From an uncultured bacterium (GTDB lineage: Bacteria; Eisenbacteria; RBG-16-71-46; CAIMUX01; VGJL01): a DNA stretch of 53,194 nucleotides. The number at the start of each line of letters is the position of its first letter. Position 1 is the stretch's first letter. Under the pieces are notes generated by a model, which worked only from the letters and a program-made list of their open reading frames with translations, searched no databases and was not told where the DNA came from. The translations under genes were made by a program, and so were the position numbers. Positions 8,507-16,746 of this stretch are shown piece by piece. The stretch spans positions 32,416-85,609 of the forward strand of contig CAZNRY010000001.1 of NCBI GenBank assembly GCA_964575675.1. The letters run 5' to 3'.

Positions 8507-10267
8507 ATGGCGAGCTCCACCCCTCGGAGCATCTACCAGGTCGAGCAGATCATGCGTCTGCCGCGGCACCTGAAGCAGTACATCGTCGATCAGAACTACG
8601 AGCGCTATACGCCGGTGGATCACGCGGTCTGGCGGCACATCATGCGGCAGGCCGTGTCGTTCCATCGCCGGCACGCGCACGAGGCGTACGTCGACGGATT
8701 GCGCAAGACGGGGATCGGGCTCGAGCGGATCCCGAGGATCGACGAGATGAACGCCATACTCGGCCGGATCGGATGGGGGGCGGCGCCCGTCGACGGGTTC
8801 ATCCCGCCCGCGGCCTTCATGGAGTTCCAGGCGCACCGCGTCCTCGTGATCGCGGCCGACATGCGGCAAGTGGACCACATCGAGTACACGCCGGCCCCCG
8901 ACATCGTCCACGAGGCAGCGGGGCACGCCCCGATCATCGCGGACGGGGAGTACGCCGAGTACCTCCGCCGCTTCGGTGAATACGGGTCGAAGGCGATCTC
9001 GTCGCGACCGGATCTCGAGCTTTACGAAGCGGTCCGGCACCTCTCGATCGTCAAGGAGGCCCCGGGCACGGCGGTCGAGGAGCTTCGCGCGGCCGAACAG
9101 AAAGTCGCCGTGGCGCAGACGTCCCTTGTGGAGCCGTCCGAGATGGCGCTTCTCACGCGACTCCATTGGTGGACCGTCGAATACGGTCTGATCGGCGATC
9201 TGAACGATCCAAAGATCTACGGCGCAGGACTCCTTTCTTCGATCGGCGAGGCGGCGCACTGCCTGACGCCGGCGGTCGCGAAGCTCCGCTACTCGGTCGA
9301 TGCGGCCGGATATCCGTTCGACATCACCTCGTACCAGCCGCAGCTCTTCGTGGCCGAGAGTTTCGCGCACCTGAACGCTGTTCTGGAGGAGTTCGTCGCG
9401 GGGATGTCGTTCCGCCGCGGCGGCGCCGTCGGACTGAAGCGCGGGCTGGACTCGGGACAGGTCGTGACCGCGACCTACTCGTCGGGGCTCCAGGTTTCGG
9501 GCCGACTTTGCGAGCTCCTGCTCGACCGCGACGGGGAGCCCGCCTACCTGCGGACCGCCGGTCCAACGGCGCTCGCGACCGCCGGCAGGCAGCTCGCCGG
9601 ACACGGCGCCGCCTACCACGCCGGCGGCTTCGGCTCTCCGGTGGGCTGGGTGCGCGGCTGCGTGCGCCCCCCGGAGCAGCTCGACGAGGGCGGGCTTCGA
9701 TCGATCGGCCTGGAGCTGGACCGGGAAATCCGTCTCGAGTTCACGAGTGGGGTCGTGGTCGCGGGAAAGCTCGAGCGGATCGTCCGCGAGGACGGCAGAG
9801 TGATCCTCCTCTGCTTCTCGACGTGCAGGGCGACCCTCGGTGAACGCACCCTCTTCGATCCGGCCTGGGGCGTATTCGACATGGCGGTGGGCGAGAGGAT
9901 CGTCTCGGTTTCTCAGGGAGCGGCCGACAAGGACGCCTACGAAGATGTCGGCTTCGTTCCCAAGGAGCGGACGATCCGGGTGCAGGTGGACGGCGAGGCA
10001 CAGGATCTCAACCGGCTCTATGCCTCCGTGCGAGAGATCCGCGAGGCGGATCGCGGACACGAAGCGCTCCCCGCGCTCTTCCGCTCGGCGCGCGCGCGGC
10101 GCCCGGAGGATTGGCTTCTCGCCCTCGAGATCCTCGAGCTCCTCACGGCGAGGGGGATGGAGCAAAGTTTGCAGGAGGAGATCCGGCGCTTCCTCGACGG
10201 GGAGAAGAAGGATCCCGCGCGCGCGAGGCTGATCGAAGCCGGGCTCGCATTGCTCGCGACCGCCTGA
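8507..10267 (+). CDS. aromatic amino acid hydroxylase (phenylalanine-4-hydroxylase-like) with ~290-aa C-terminal extension
   Basis: Iron-binding motifs VHEAAGHAP (H-x4-H) and WWTVEYGLI, plus YGAGLLSSIGE. Start set at ATG 8507, which follows GAAGGAGG. The C-terminal half has no domain I recognise. Confidence 0.8.
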   Translation: MASSTPRSIYQVEQIMRLPRHLKQYIVDQNYERYTPVDHAVWRHIMRQAVSFHRRHAHEAYVDGLRKTGIGLERIPRIDEMNAILGRIGWGAAPVDGFIPPAAFMEFQAHRVLVIAADMRQVDHIEYTPAPDIVHEAAGHAPIIADGEYAEYLRRFGEYGSKAISSRPDLELYEAVRHLSIVKEAPGTAVEELRAAEQKVAVAQTSLVEPSEMALLTRLHWWTVEYGLIGDLNDPKIYGAGLLSSIGEAAHCLTPAVAKLRYSVDAAGYPFDITSYQPQLFVAESFAHLNAVLEEFVAGMSFRRGGAVGLKRGLDSGQVVTATYSSGLQVSGRLCELLLDRDGEPAYLRTAGPTALATAGRQLAGHGAAYHAGGFGSPVGWVRGCVRPPEQLDEGGLRSIGLELDREIRLEFTSGVVVAGKLERIVREDGRVILLCFSTCRATLGERTLFDPAWGVFDMAVGERIVSVSQGAADKDAYEDVGFVPKERTIRVQVDGEAQDLNRLYASVREIREADRGHEALPALFRSARARRPEDWLLALEILELLTARGMEQSLQEEIRRFLDGEKKDPARARLIEAGLALLATA

Positions 10268-10317
10268 GCTGCGACGGACCGCCGTCCCGATCTCCTTCGA
10301 CATGATATGATCGCGCC

Positions 10318-11937
10318 ATGCGGAATGGCGATGGCGCGGGGAGGATCCCGGGGAGAACTTTCGCCGCGCGGTTCGCGCCCCTGCTTCTGGCCCTGGTCCT
10401 GCTGGCGGTCTATCTTCTCGGACTCCATCCGGGTGTCGACGCGGGGGATTCCGCCGAGCTCCAGCTGAACGCGCCGCTCCTCGGGATCTGTCACCCGCCC
10501 GGCTACCCGGTCGAGATCACGATCGGCAGGCTCTGGATCCTGCTGCCGTTCGGCGGGAGCATCGCCTGGCGCATGAATCTCCTCATGGCCGTGATGGGCG
10601 TCCTCGGCTGTCTCGCGTTGTATGGAAGCGTTCGGCGGATCACCGGGCAAGTCCTGCCGGGGGCCGTCTCGGCCCTGCTCCTCGGCCTGAGCGGCGTTTA
10701 CTGGAGCCACTGTCTGGTCGCGGAAGCGTACGTCTTCTACGGCGCGTTCCTCCTGATCGGACTCTACGCGGCCGTCCGCGCCTTCGACGGCGGCGGCCCT
10801 GCGTGGCTCTTGGGAGCTTCCTTGTTCGTGGGCATCGCTGTCTGGGACCGTCCTTCCGAACTCTTCGTCCTTCCTGCCTTCGGGATCCTGGGATACCTCC
10901 TGCGCGACCGGCTCCGCCTCACCCGGAAGGGCGCGGCCGCCGCGCTCGCGCTCTTCATTCTCCCGTTCGTTTTCTCGGTCGGCTGCTACCTGGTCCGCAA
11001 CCAGCCCGACCGGCTCGCCCTCCGCGACGACGCGCAGCGCGACGAGATCCTGCAGGACGTCTCCAAGGAGATCTCCCGCGGCTACGGTCCCCATCCGACC
11101 GCGCTCGGCAAGATCGGAAAGGCCGCGGGCTACTGTCTCGGGCTCAACTGGACCACGAACCCGCGCCTCCGCTTGAGCGTTGCCGGCAGGTCGCTCGTCG
11201 ATTACGCCTCGATGTTGACCGGCGCCGGCGTGTTCGGCGTTCGGTCAGGCTCGGACGAGCAGGGCCCGAGCCGCAGAAACAACATAGGGACCTCGATCGG
11301 GCTTGCCGGCCTGATCCTAGCGGTCGCCGCGGTCAGGGCTCGGAAGAGGCACCGCGCGTGGGTCGCCTTCGGCTTGGCGCTCTTCGGGGGGAACCTCCTC
11401 TTCGTGCTCTGGCACCACTCCTGGGACAACATGACCTTCACGGTTCCCGGGGTCGCGGGTCTCGCATTTCTCGCCGGTTTGGGATCGGTTCGGGACGCGG
11501 ATGGGGGCGGCCGGCGCCTTGCGCGCGTCCGCACGGCGGTGGCCTTCGCGGCGGTTCTCTTCCTCCTGCTCGTCAACTTCACCGCCGTCGGCCGGAAGGG
11601 TGAATCGGAGCGGTCTGCGATCGCCTTCGGCCGCGAGGTCGCGTCGGCGCCGTGGCCGGGCCAGAGCGTGATCCTCTGCAGCTATTGGCCCGCGATGACC
11701 TTCCGTTATGTCTTGTACATTGAGGGAGGACGCCGCGATGTGCAGGTCCTCTGCGCCACACCATCGAACTACATGAAGCTGATCCGGCACTTCACGGCGG
11801 AAGGACGATCGGTCTTCCTCCTGGCCGCGGAAGTGGCCGCTGCACGTCGCGAAGGGCTCGCGCGGGCGACGCAACCCGGCATCGAAAGCGTCGGATTCCT
11901 GCTCGCGAATCCGACCGCTCGAGCGCAGGGGAGATGA
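10318..11937 (+). CDS. DUF2723 (TMEM260-like) GT-C membrane glycosyltransferase
   Basis: 539-aa polytopic protein with the N-terminal loop motif GVDAGDSAELQLNAPLLGICHPPGYPV, characteristic of DUF2723. About 10 hydrophobic segments. Confidence 0.7.
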   Translation: MRNGDGAGRIPGRTFAARFAPLLLALVLLAVYLLGLHPGVDAGDSAELQLNAPLLGICHPPGYPVEITIGRLWILLPFGGSIAWRMNLLMAVMGVLGCLALYGSVRRITGQVLPGAVSALLLGLSGVYWSHCLVAEAYVFYGAFLLIGLYAAVRAFDGGGPAWLLGASLFVGIAVWDRPSELFVLPAFGILGYLLRDRLRLTRKGAAAALALFILPFVFSVGCYLVRNQPDRLALRDDAQRDEILQDVSKEISRGYGPHPTALGKIGKAAGYCLGLNWTTNPRLRLSVAGRSLVDYASMLTGAGVFGVRSGSDEQGPSRRNNIGTSIGLAGLILAVAAVRARKRHRAWVAFGLALFGGNLLFVLWHHSWDNMTFTVPGVAGLAFLAGLGSVRDADGGGRRLARVRTAVAFAAVLFLLLVNFTAVGRKGESERSAIAFGREVASAPWPGQSVILCSYWPAMTFRYVLYIEGGRRDVQVLCATPSNYMKLIRHFTAEGRSVFLLAAEVAAARREGLARATQPGIESVGFLLANPTARAQGR

Positions 11938-14447
11938 TGGACGAGGATTCGGCGACGACGCGCGAGCCCCAGGATTCGCACGCCGGAGAGACCGCGCGGG
12001 TTGCGCCGGGAACACCCGGCGGCCTGCTCGCGTTCGCGGGGAGCGCCGTGCGCGGAAACGGCGGGTGGATCGCCCGGTGGCTTCCCTTCGCACTGCTCGG
12101 CCTTCTGTTCATCGTTCTCCTGCGGACGGCGTGGATGTCGGACGACGCGTACATCACTCTGCGCACGGTCGACAACTTCGTGCACGGTCACGGCCTCCGG
12201 TGGAATATTGACGAGCGGGTCCAGGCCTTCACGCACCCGCTCTGGATGTTCATCGAGTCGGCTCTCTACTTTGTTACAAGGGAAGCGTTCTGCACGGTGA
12301 TCTTCCTGTCGATTGCGGTCTCGATGTTCGCGGCGGGGTTGCTCGCTTTTCGCTCGCGGGCGCGTGTCGGGGCCCTCGCGCTGGGCGCTCTTGCGCTCCT
12401 CGCCTCGCGATCGTACATCGACTACTCGACATCCGGGCTCGAGAATCCGCTCACCCACTTGCTTGCGGTCGTCTTCCTCCTGAATCTGCGCCACGAGGCC
12501 CCGGATCGGCGGCGCCTGTTCTTCCTGGGCGCGATCGCTGGGCTTGCCGCCCTCAACCGCATCGATTCGCTCCTCCTCCTCATGCCCGGACTTGCGTTTG
12601 CTTGGGGTCGATTCGGCTGGCGCAGGGGGCTGCCGGTCGTCCTCGCCGGATTCGTCCCGCTTCTGTGCTGGGAGGTCTTCAGTCTCTTCTATTACGGGTT
12701 GCCGGTTCCGAACACAGCCCTGGCCAAGCTGAACACTGGAATCGACGGAGTGAGCCTCGCGCGCCAGGGGATCCGCTACCTGGCCAACTCGCTGCGAACC
12801 GATCCGGTGACCCTGCCCGTGATCGCGGCGGGCCTGGCCGTGGCCTTCGCGGGGAGACGCCGGCGGGACGCCGCGGTCGCGATCGGAATCCTCTGTACCC
12901 TCGCCTACATCGTGAAGATCGGCGGCGACTTCATGGGCGGGCGGTTCCTGTCGGCGCCGTTTCTCGCGTCGGTCGTCCTCCTGATGCAGGCCGAGCCGTT
13001 TCCCTTGCGGCACGGCCGGCCCGCGCTGGCCGTGATCATCCTCGGCCTCGCGATCGCGACGCCGCATCCATCGATCACAAGCGGGCCGGGTTTCGGCGTG
13101 CCGAGCACCGGAACGCTGGACGCAAGCGGAATCGCGGACGAGAGGCGGTTCTACTTCAGCATGACCGGAATGTTGAACAAAGATGCCTCATCGGAGAGGC
13201 CGGCCCGGCGATTGACCCGGACGGGACGCGAGGCCCGGCGGATGAAGTCGCCGATTCTCGTCGAGGGGATGATCGGGGTTGCGGGGTATGTCGCGGGCCC
13301 AGGCGTACACATCGTGGACTTTCACGCGCTGGCGGATCCGTTGCTCTCGAGGCTGCCGATCGTGGCGAAGGACAGGATGTACGAGGCGTTCATGATCGGA
13401 AGCACCGGCAAGAAGGGGGCGGGGCCCTGGCGGATCGGCCACTTCCTGCGCAATGTCCCGGCCGGGTACCTGGAAACCGTCTTGACCGGCCGGAACCGGA
13501 TCGAGGAGCCCGAGCTCGCCGCCTTCTACGATCGACTCGCCTTCATGACCCGGGGACCGCTCTGGAGCGGGAAGCGAATCGTCGAGATCGCCCGCACAAA
13601 TCTCGGCCGCTCTGGCCGCCTGATCGACCGGACCCATCCCCCGAAATTCGATGAGATCCGGTGGGAAGAGGTCATCGCCGTGCGCCCGGACGCAGCGATT
13701 GCCTATCAGAAGCGCGCCGAGGTGAGATTCGACGCGGGGGATCCGGAGGCCGCCATGGAAGACGCCCTGCAAGTGATCCGCCTCGATCCCCAGAACGCGG
13801 AGGCGCACATTCAGATCGGCAGGATCGAGAGGGATCGTGGCAACCTGACGGTGGCGCTCGATGCCTTCCAGAAGGCGCGAGACGGAGCGCCGGACAACGC
13901 CGCCGCCTACGCGCACCTCGGGGACACCTACATGAGGCTGGGCGACCAGGCGAAGGGGATCGAGAGCTTCAAGCAGGCTCTCCTCATCGACCCCGAGCTT
14001 TCCCTCGCCTACGCGAACATCGCCGTCGCCTACGCGCAGACCGGCCGCTTTGCGGACGCGGCGGTGTGGATCGCGAAGGCATACGAATGCTCGCCGGAGA
14101 ACCCTCTGATCTGCGAGAACCGTGGGCTGATCCAGTTGCACCTGGGCAACAAGAAGGATGGCCTCGAGATGCTCGAGAAGGCGATCGCTCTGCAGCCCGA
14201 TCTCGCCTCGTCCATTTCCGCTGCGGGGATCGCCTACGCCGACCTGGGGAACGACCGGCGCGCGCTGGAGCTCCTCGAGAGGGCCGTGACCCTCGACGCG
14301 GGCGACGCGGAGGCCGCCTACCGGCTCGGGCTGCTCCTCTTCGCGGGCGGCGAGAGGCAGCGCGCTCTCACGCTGTGGAACCGGGCGGCGGCGCTCGGCT
14401 TCGAACCGGCGCGGAAGGCCCTGGGCCCCGGAAACGACCCGCAGTAG
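11934..14447 (+). CDS. GT-C-type membrane glycosyltransferase (arabinofuranosyl/mannosyl-transferase-like) with C-terminal TPR domain
   Basis: ATGA overlap with the upstream gene. First-loop acidic motif WMSDDAYITLRTVDNFVHGHGLRWN, then a polytopic region. From about 13690 there are at least 6 TPR repeats (AHIQIGRIERDRGNLTVALDAFQKA, AYAHLGDTYMRLGDQAKGIESFKQAL...). Confidence 0.7.
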   Translation: MMDEDSATTREPQDSHAGETARVAPGTPGGLLAFAGSAVRGNGGWIARWLPFALLGLLFIVLLRTAWMSDDAYITLRTVDNFVHGHGLRWNIDERVQAFTHPLWMFIESALYFVTREAFCTVIFLSIAVSMFAAGLLAFRSRARVGALALGALALLASRSYIDYSTSGLENPLTHLLAVVFLLNLRHEAPDRRRLFFLGAIAGLAALNRIDSLLLLMPGLAFAWGRFGWRRGLPVVLAGFVPLLCWEVFSLFYYGLPVPNTALAKLNTGIDGVSLARQGIRYLANSLRTDPVTLPVIAAGLAVAFAGRRRRDAAVAIGILCTLAYIVKIGGDFMGGRFLSAPFLASVVLLMQAEPFPLRHGRPALAVIILGLAIATPHPSITSGPGFGVPSTGTLDASGIADERRFYFSMTGMLNKDASSERPARRLTRTGREARRMKSPILVEGMIGVAGYVAGPGVHIVDFHALADPLLSRLPIVAKDRMYEAFMIGSTGKKGAGPWRIGHFLRNVPAGYLETVLTGRNRIEEPELAAFYDRLAFMTRGPLWSGKRIVEIARTNLGRSGRLIDRTHPPKFDEIRWEEVIAVRPDAAIAYQKRAEVRFDAGDPEAAMEDALQVIRLDPQNAEAHIQIGRIERDRGNLTVALDAFQKARDGAPDNAAAYAHLGDTYMRLGDQAKGIESFKQALLIDPELSLAYANIAVAYAQTGRFADAAVWIAKAYECSPENPLICENRGLIQLHLGNKKDGLEMLEKAIALQPDLASSISAAGIAYADLGNDRRALELLERAVTLDAGDAEAAYRLGLLLFAGGERQRALTLWNRAAALGFEPARKALGPGNDPQ

Positions 14448-14452
14448 GCGGC

Positions 14453-14639
14453 CTAGCCCGCATTTCTCACCACGGTTCGTCGCGAAACGGCGTCAGAGGG
14501 CCGGAGATGCAAGTCGCGCGATGCGAGGACGACGCAGGCATACTCGGTGCAGTATGCCGAGGAGGCCGAGCGAGCGCGGCGCAGCAGGTGCGGCCCTATG
14601 CGCCGTTGCAGCAGAATGCTGGTGAGAAATGCGGGCTAG
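14453..14639. repeat. MITE/REP-like palindromic element with perfect 20-bp terminal inverted repeats
   Basis: CTAGCCCGCATTTCTCACCA at 14453-14472 is the exact reverse complement of 14620-14639. Sub-terminal arms are partly complementary (AACGGCG..AGGGCCG). A central hairpin GGCATACT-cggtgc-AGTATGCC lies at 14537-14558. The element fills the convergent intergenic gap and overlaps the ompA-family stop codon (14636-14638). Confidence 0.65.
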
Positions 14640-15844
14640 AGCTTCACCAGCTCCACGCGGCGGTTGTTGGCCTTGCCCTCCGGCGTGTCGTTCGTGTCGA
14701 TCGGCTTCCCTTCGCCCCAGCCCTTGGTCTCGAGTCGGCTCCCATCGATCTTATATGCATCCGCCAGGTAGGTCTTTACGGCGTCCGCGCGGCCCTGCGA
14801 GAGCGTGATGTTGGCCGCGTCGGCACCGTCAAGGTCGGTGTGCCCCTCGATCGATAGCCGCAGGGCGGGATTGTCGGTCAGAAGCCCGCCAATGTCGGCC
14901 AGCGTCTTGCACGACTCGGCCTTGATCTTGCTCGAGCCGGAGTCGAACAAGATCCCGTGCGTCACGATCTTCCCGGCCTCGTCGAGCTGCTCCTTGAGCG
15001 TCTTGCCCCCCTCGGCGTAGCGGAGGTTGCCGACCAGCATCGGGTTGTTCTCCTCGTCCAGCCACGGATCCATGTAGACGCCGAAAACAACCGGCTGGAA
15101 TCCTTCGACAGCCGGGACGTTGGCGACCCGCTCGTTGTCGACGTAGCACTTCACGCTCGTCTTGGTGGCCATGATCCGCATCGTGTGAATCCCGGGCGCG
15201 AGTGGCTTGGTGAGTTGCTTGCTAGCGAGGTCCTTGTCCATGATCCGCAGATTGGAATTCACCTTGTCCCTGATGCCGAAGTTGCCGATGTCCCTCTTCT
15301 CCGAATTGTACCAGTGAATGTGGTACCAGTGGGCCTTTGCCTCGCCCCCCTTGACCCAGAAATCAACTTCAATCGTGTACTTGGGAGGAAGCGGACCTGC
15401 CGGGATCTTCGGGAGGATCATCCCCTTGTCCGTGCACATGATCCAGTTCCGGTCTCCCTTCTTGACGATCTCGAAGACCCCGTTGTCCAGATTCCAGCGC
15501 GAGGGGAACTCGCCCATCTCCTCGCGCGAGAGGTCGTCATAGAGGATGACCTTGTCGCCGGGTATGAAGTCGTACTTCGTGAATAGCGACATGTCCTCGG
15601 CGGTCGCCGTGCCGCCTTTCGGCCCCGCGGCGGACTGCCCCTCCTCGCCGCTCGACTCCTCGGTGGCCGGCGTCGCCTCGGACTCCTGCTCGCCGCTGCC
15701 GTCGATCTTCTCATCGACTTTCTGCTCGACCTTTTGCTTGACCTTGTCCTTGAGCTTGCCGAACTGCGCTTGCGCGGGGCTCCAGGCTGCGAGCAAGGCG
15801 ATCGAAAGGGCTGCGGCGATCAATAGACCAAGGATTCTGCGCAT
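14636..15844 (-). CDS. OmpA-family protein with N-terminal beta-sandwich-like domain
   Basis: Signal peptide MRRILGLLIAAALSIALLAAWSPAQA, then a K/E-rich linker. C-terminal OmpA/MotB domain (RLSIEGHTDLDGADAANITLSQGRADAVKTYL...NRRVELV). Confidence 0.85.
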   Translation of the reverse strand: MRRILGLLIAAALSIALLAAWSPAQAQFGKLKDKVKQKVEQKVDEKIDGSGEQESEATPATEESSGEEGQSAAGPKGGTATAEDMSLFTKYDFIPGDKVILYDDLSREEMGEFPSRWNLDNGVFEIVKKGDRNWIMCTDKGMILPKIPAGPLPPKYTIEVDFWVKGGEAKAHWYHIHWYNSEKRDIGNFGIRDKVNSNLRIMDKDLASKQLTKPLAPGIHTMRIMATKTSVKCYVDNERVANVPAVEGFQPVVFGVYMDPWLDEENNPMLVGNLRYAEGGKTLKEQLDEAGKIVTHGILFDSGSSKIKAESCKTLADIGGLLTDNPALRLSIEGHTDLDGADAANITLSQGRADAVKTYLADAYKIDGSRLETKGWGEGKPIDTNDTPEGKANNRRVELVKL

Positions 15845-16096
15845 TGGATCCTCCTCGAATCACGATTCACCCCGCGCGGCGGCGATCGACCCGGATCACC
15901 GGTCATCCTCGATCCATCGCGGTGTCGGAGACGCTCCTGGAGATGCATCGTATTGAAACGGCAGGGGATCGTCAATGACGCCTCCGCCGGGGCGAGGAAT
16001 GGCCTTCGACCCCCGGGCCGTCTCTTGATCCTTGCTCAGGGAATCCGGCGCCGGTAGTCCCCCCTCGGCCTACCGAAATGGAGGGACCGGAACAAC

Positions 16097-16744
16097 ATGG
16101 GCATCGATCGGTTGATCCGCAAGCTTCTCCCGCGCGAGGACAAGTTCCTCGTGCTCTTCGTGAAGGATGTCGAGAACTTGACGCAGGCATGTGCTTCCCT
16201 CCGCGTTCTGTTCGACGCGGTAGGGTCGGTCGAGCGCAATCGAATCGTCAAGGAGGTGGAAGAGCTCGAGCACCGCGGGGACGAGATCACCCACGAGGTC
16301 TTCTACGAGCTGGGACGCAGCTTCATCACGCACTACGACCGGGAGGACATCGCGGGGCTTGCGAGCTCGCTCGATGACATCATGGATCACATCGATCGCG
16401 CGGCCACGTGCATCCAGCTCTACCAGATCACGGACTTCGACGATTCCGTCCGGGACCTCGCGGAGATCATCCAGAAATCGGTGGGGGAGCTCCACCGGGC
16501 GATCCCGCTCCTGAGCGATCTCAGGTCGGCCGAGCGGATCCGCGAATCGAGCGTCCGCATCAACGCCTAAGAGAACCAGGCGGACGGCATCTTCCATCGC
16601 GCCCTGGCGCGTCTGTTCCAGGAAGAGACGGATGCGATCAGTCTGATCAAGAAGCGCGAGCTCCTAGCGGTGCTCGAGGCGGCGACCGATCGCTGCGAGG
16701 ATGCGGCGGTACTGATCGAGAACATCCTCGTCAAGTACGCCTAG
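16097..16744 (+). pseudogene. DUF47 / PhoU_div-like phosphate-transport regulator interrupted by an in-frame TAA
   Basis: 157 codons end at TAA 16568-16570. The same frame continues for 57 sense codons (ENQADGIFHRALARLFQEETDAISLIKKRELLAVLEAATDRCEDAAVLIENILVKYA) to TAG 16742-16744. Together this gives about 215 aa, the normal length for DUF47 partners of PiT. Confidence 0.7.
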
Positions 16745-16746
16745 CG

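Noticed and set aside
8504-10303. Very long antisense ORFs that mirror real genes. Examples: 8504-10303 opposite the hydroxylase, 39260-41767 opposite secDF, 45613-47808, 37324-39144, 762-1967, 11769-13067, 25665-26891 and 30485-32107.
   Set aside because: Their translations are Arg/Pro/Gly/Asp-rich low-complexity strings with no motifs, whereas the opposite strand carries clear family signatures. Long stop-free antisense frames are expected in ~65-70% GC DNA.
16568-16570. Stop-codon reassignment or read-through of TAA in the DUF47 gene.
   Set aside because: TAA also serves as an apparently normal terminator of the zinc-ribbon gene (49793-49795). No other gene in the window contains an in-frame TAA. 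A point mutation or error is more parsimonious.
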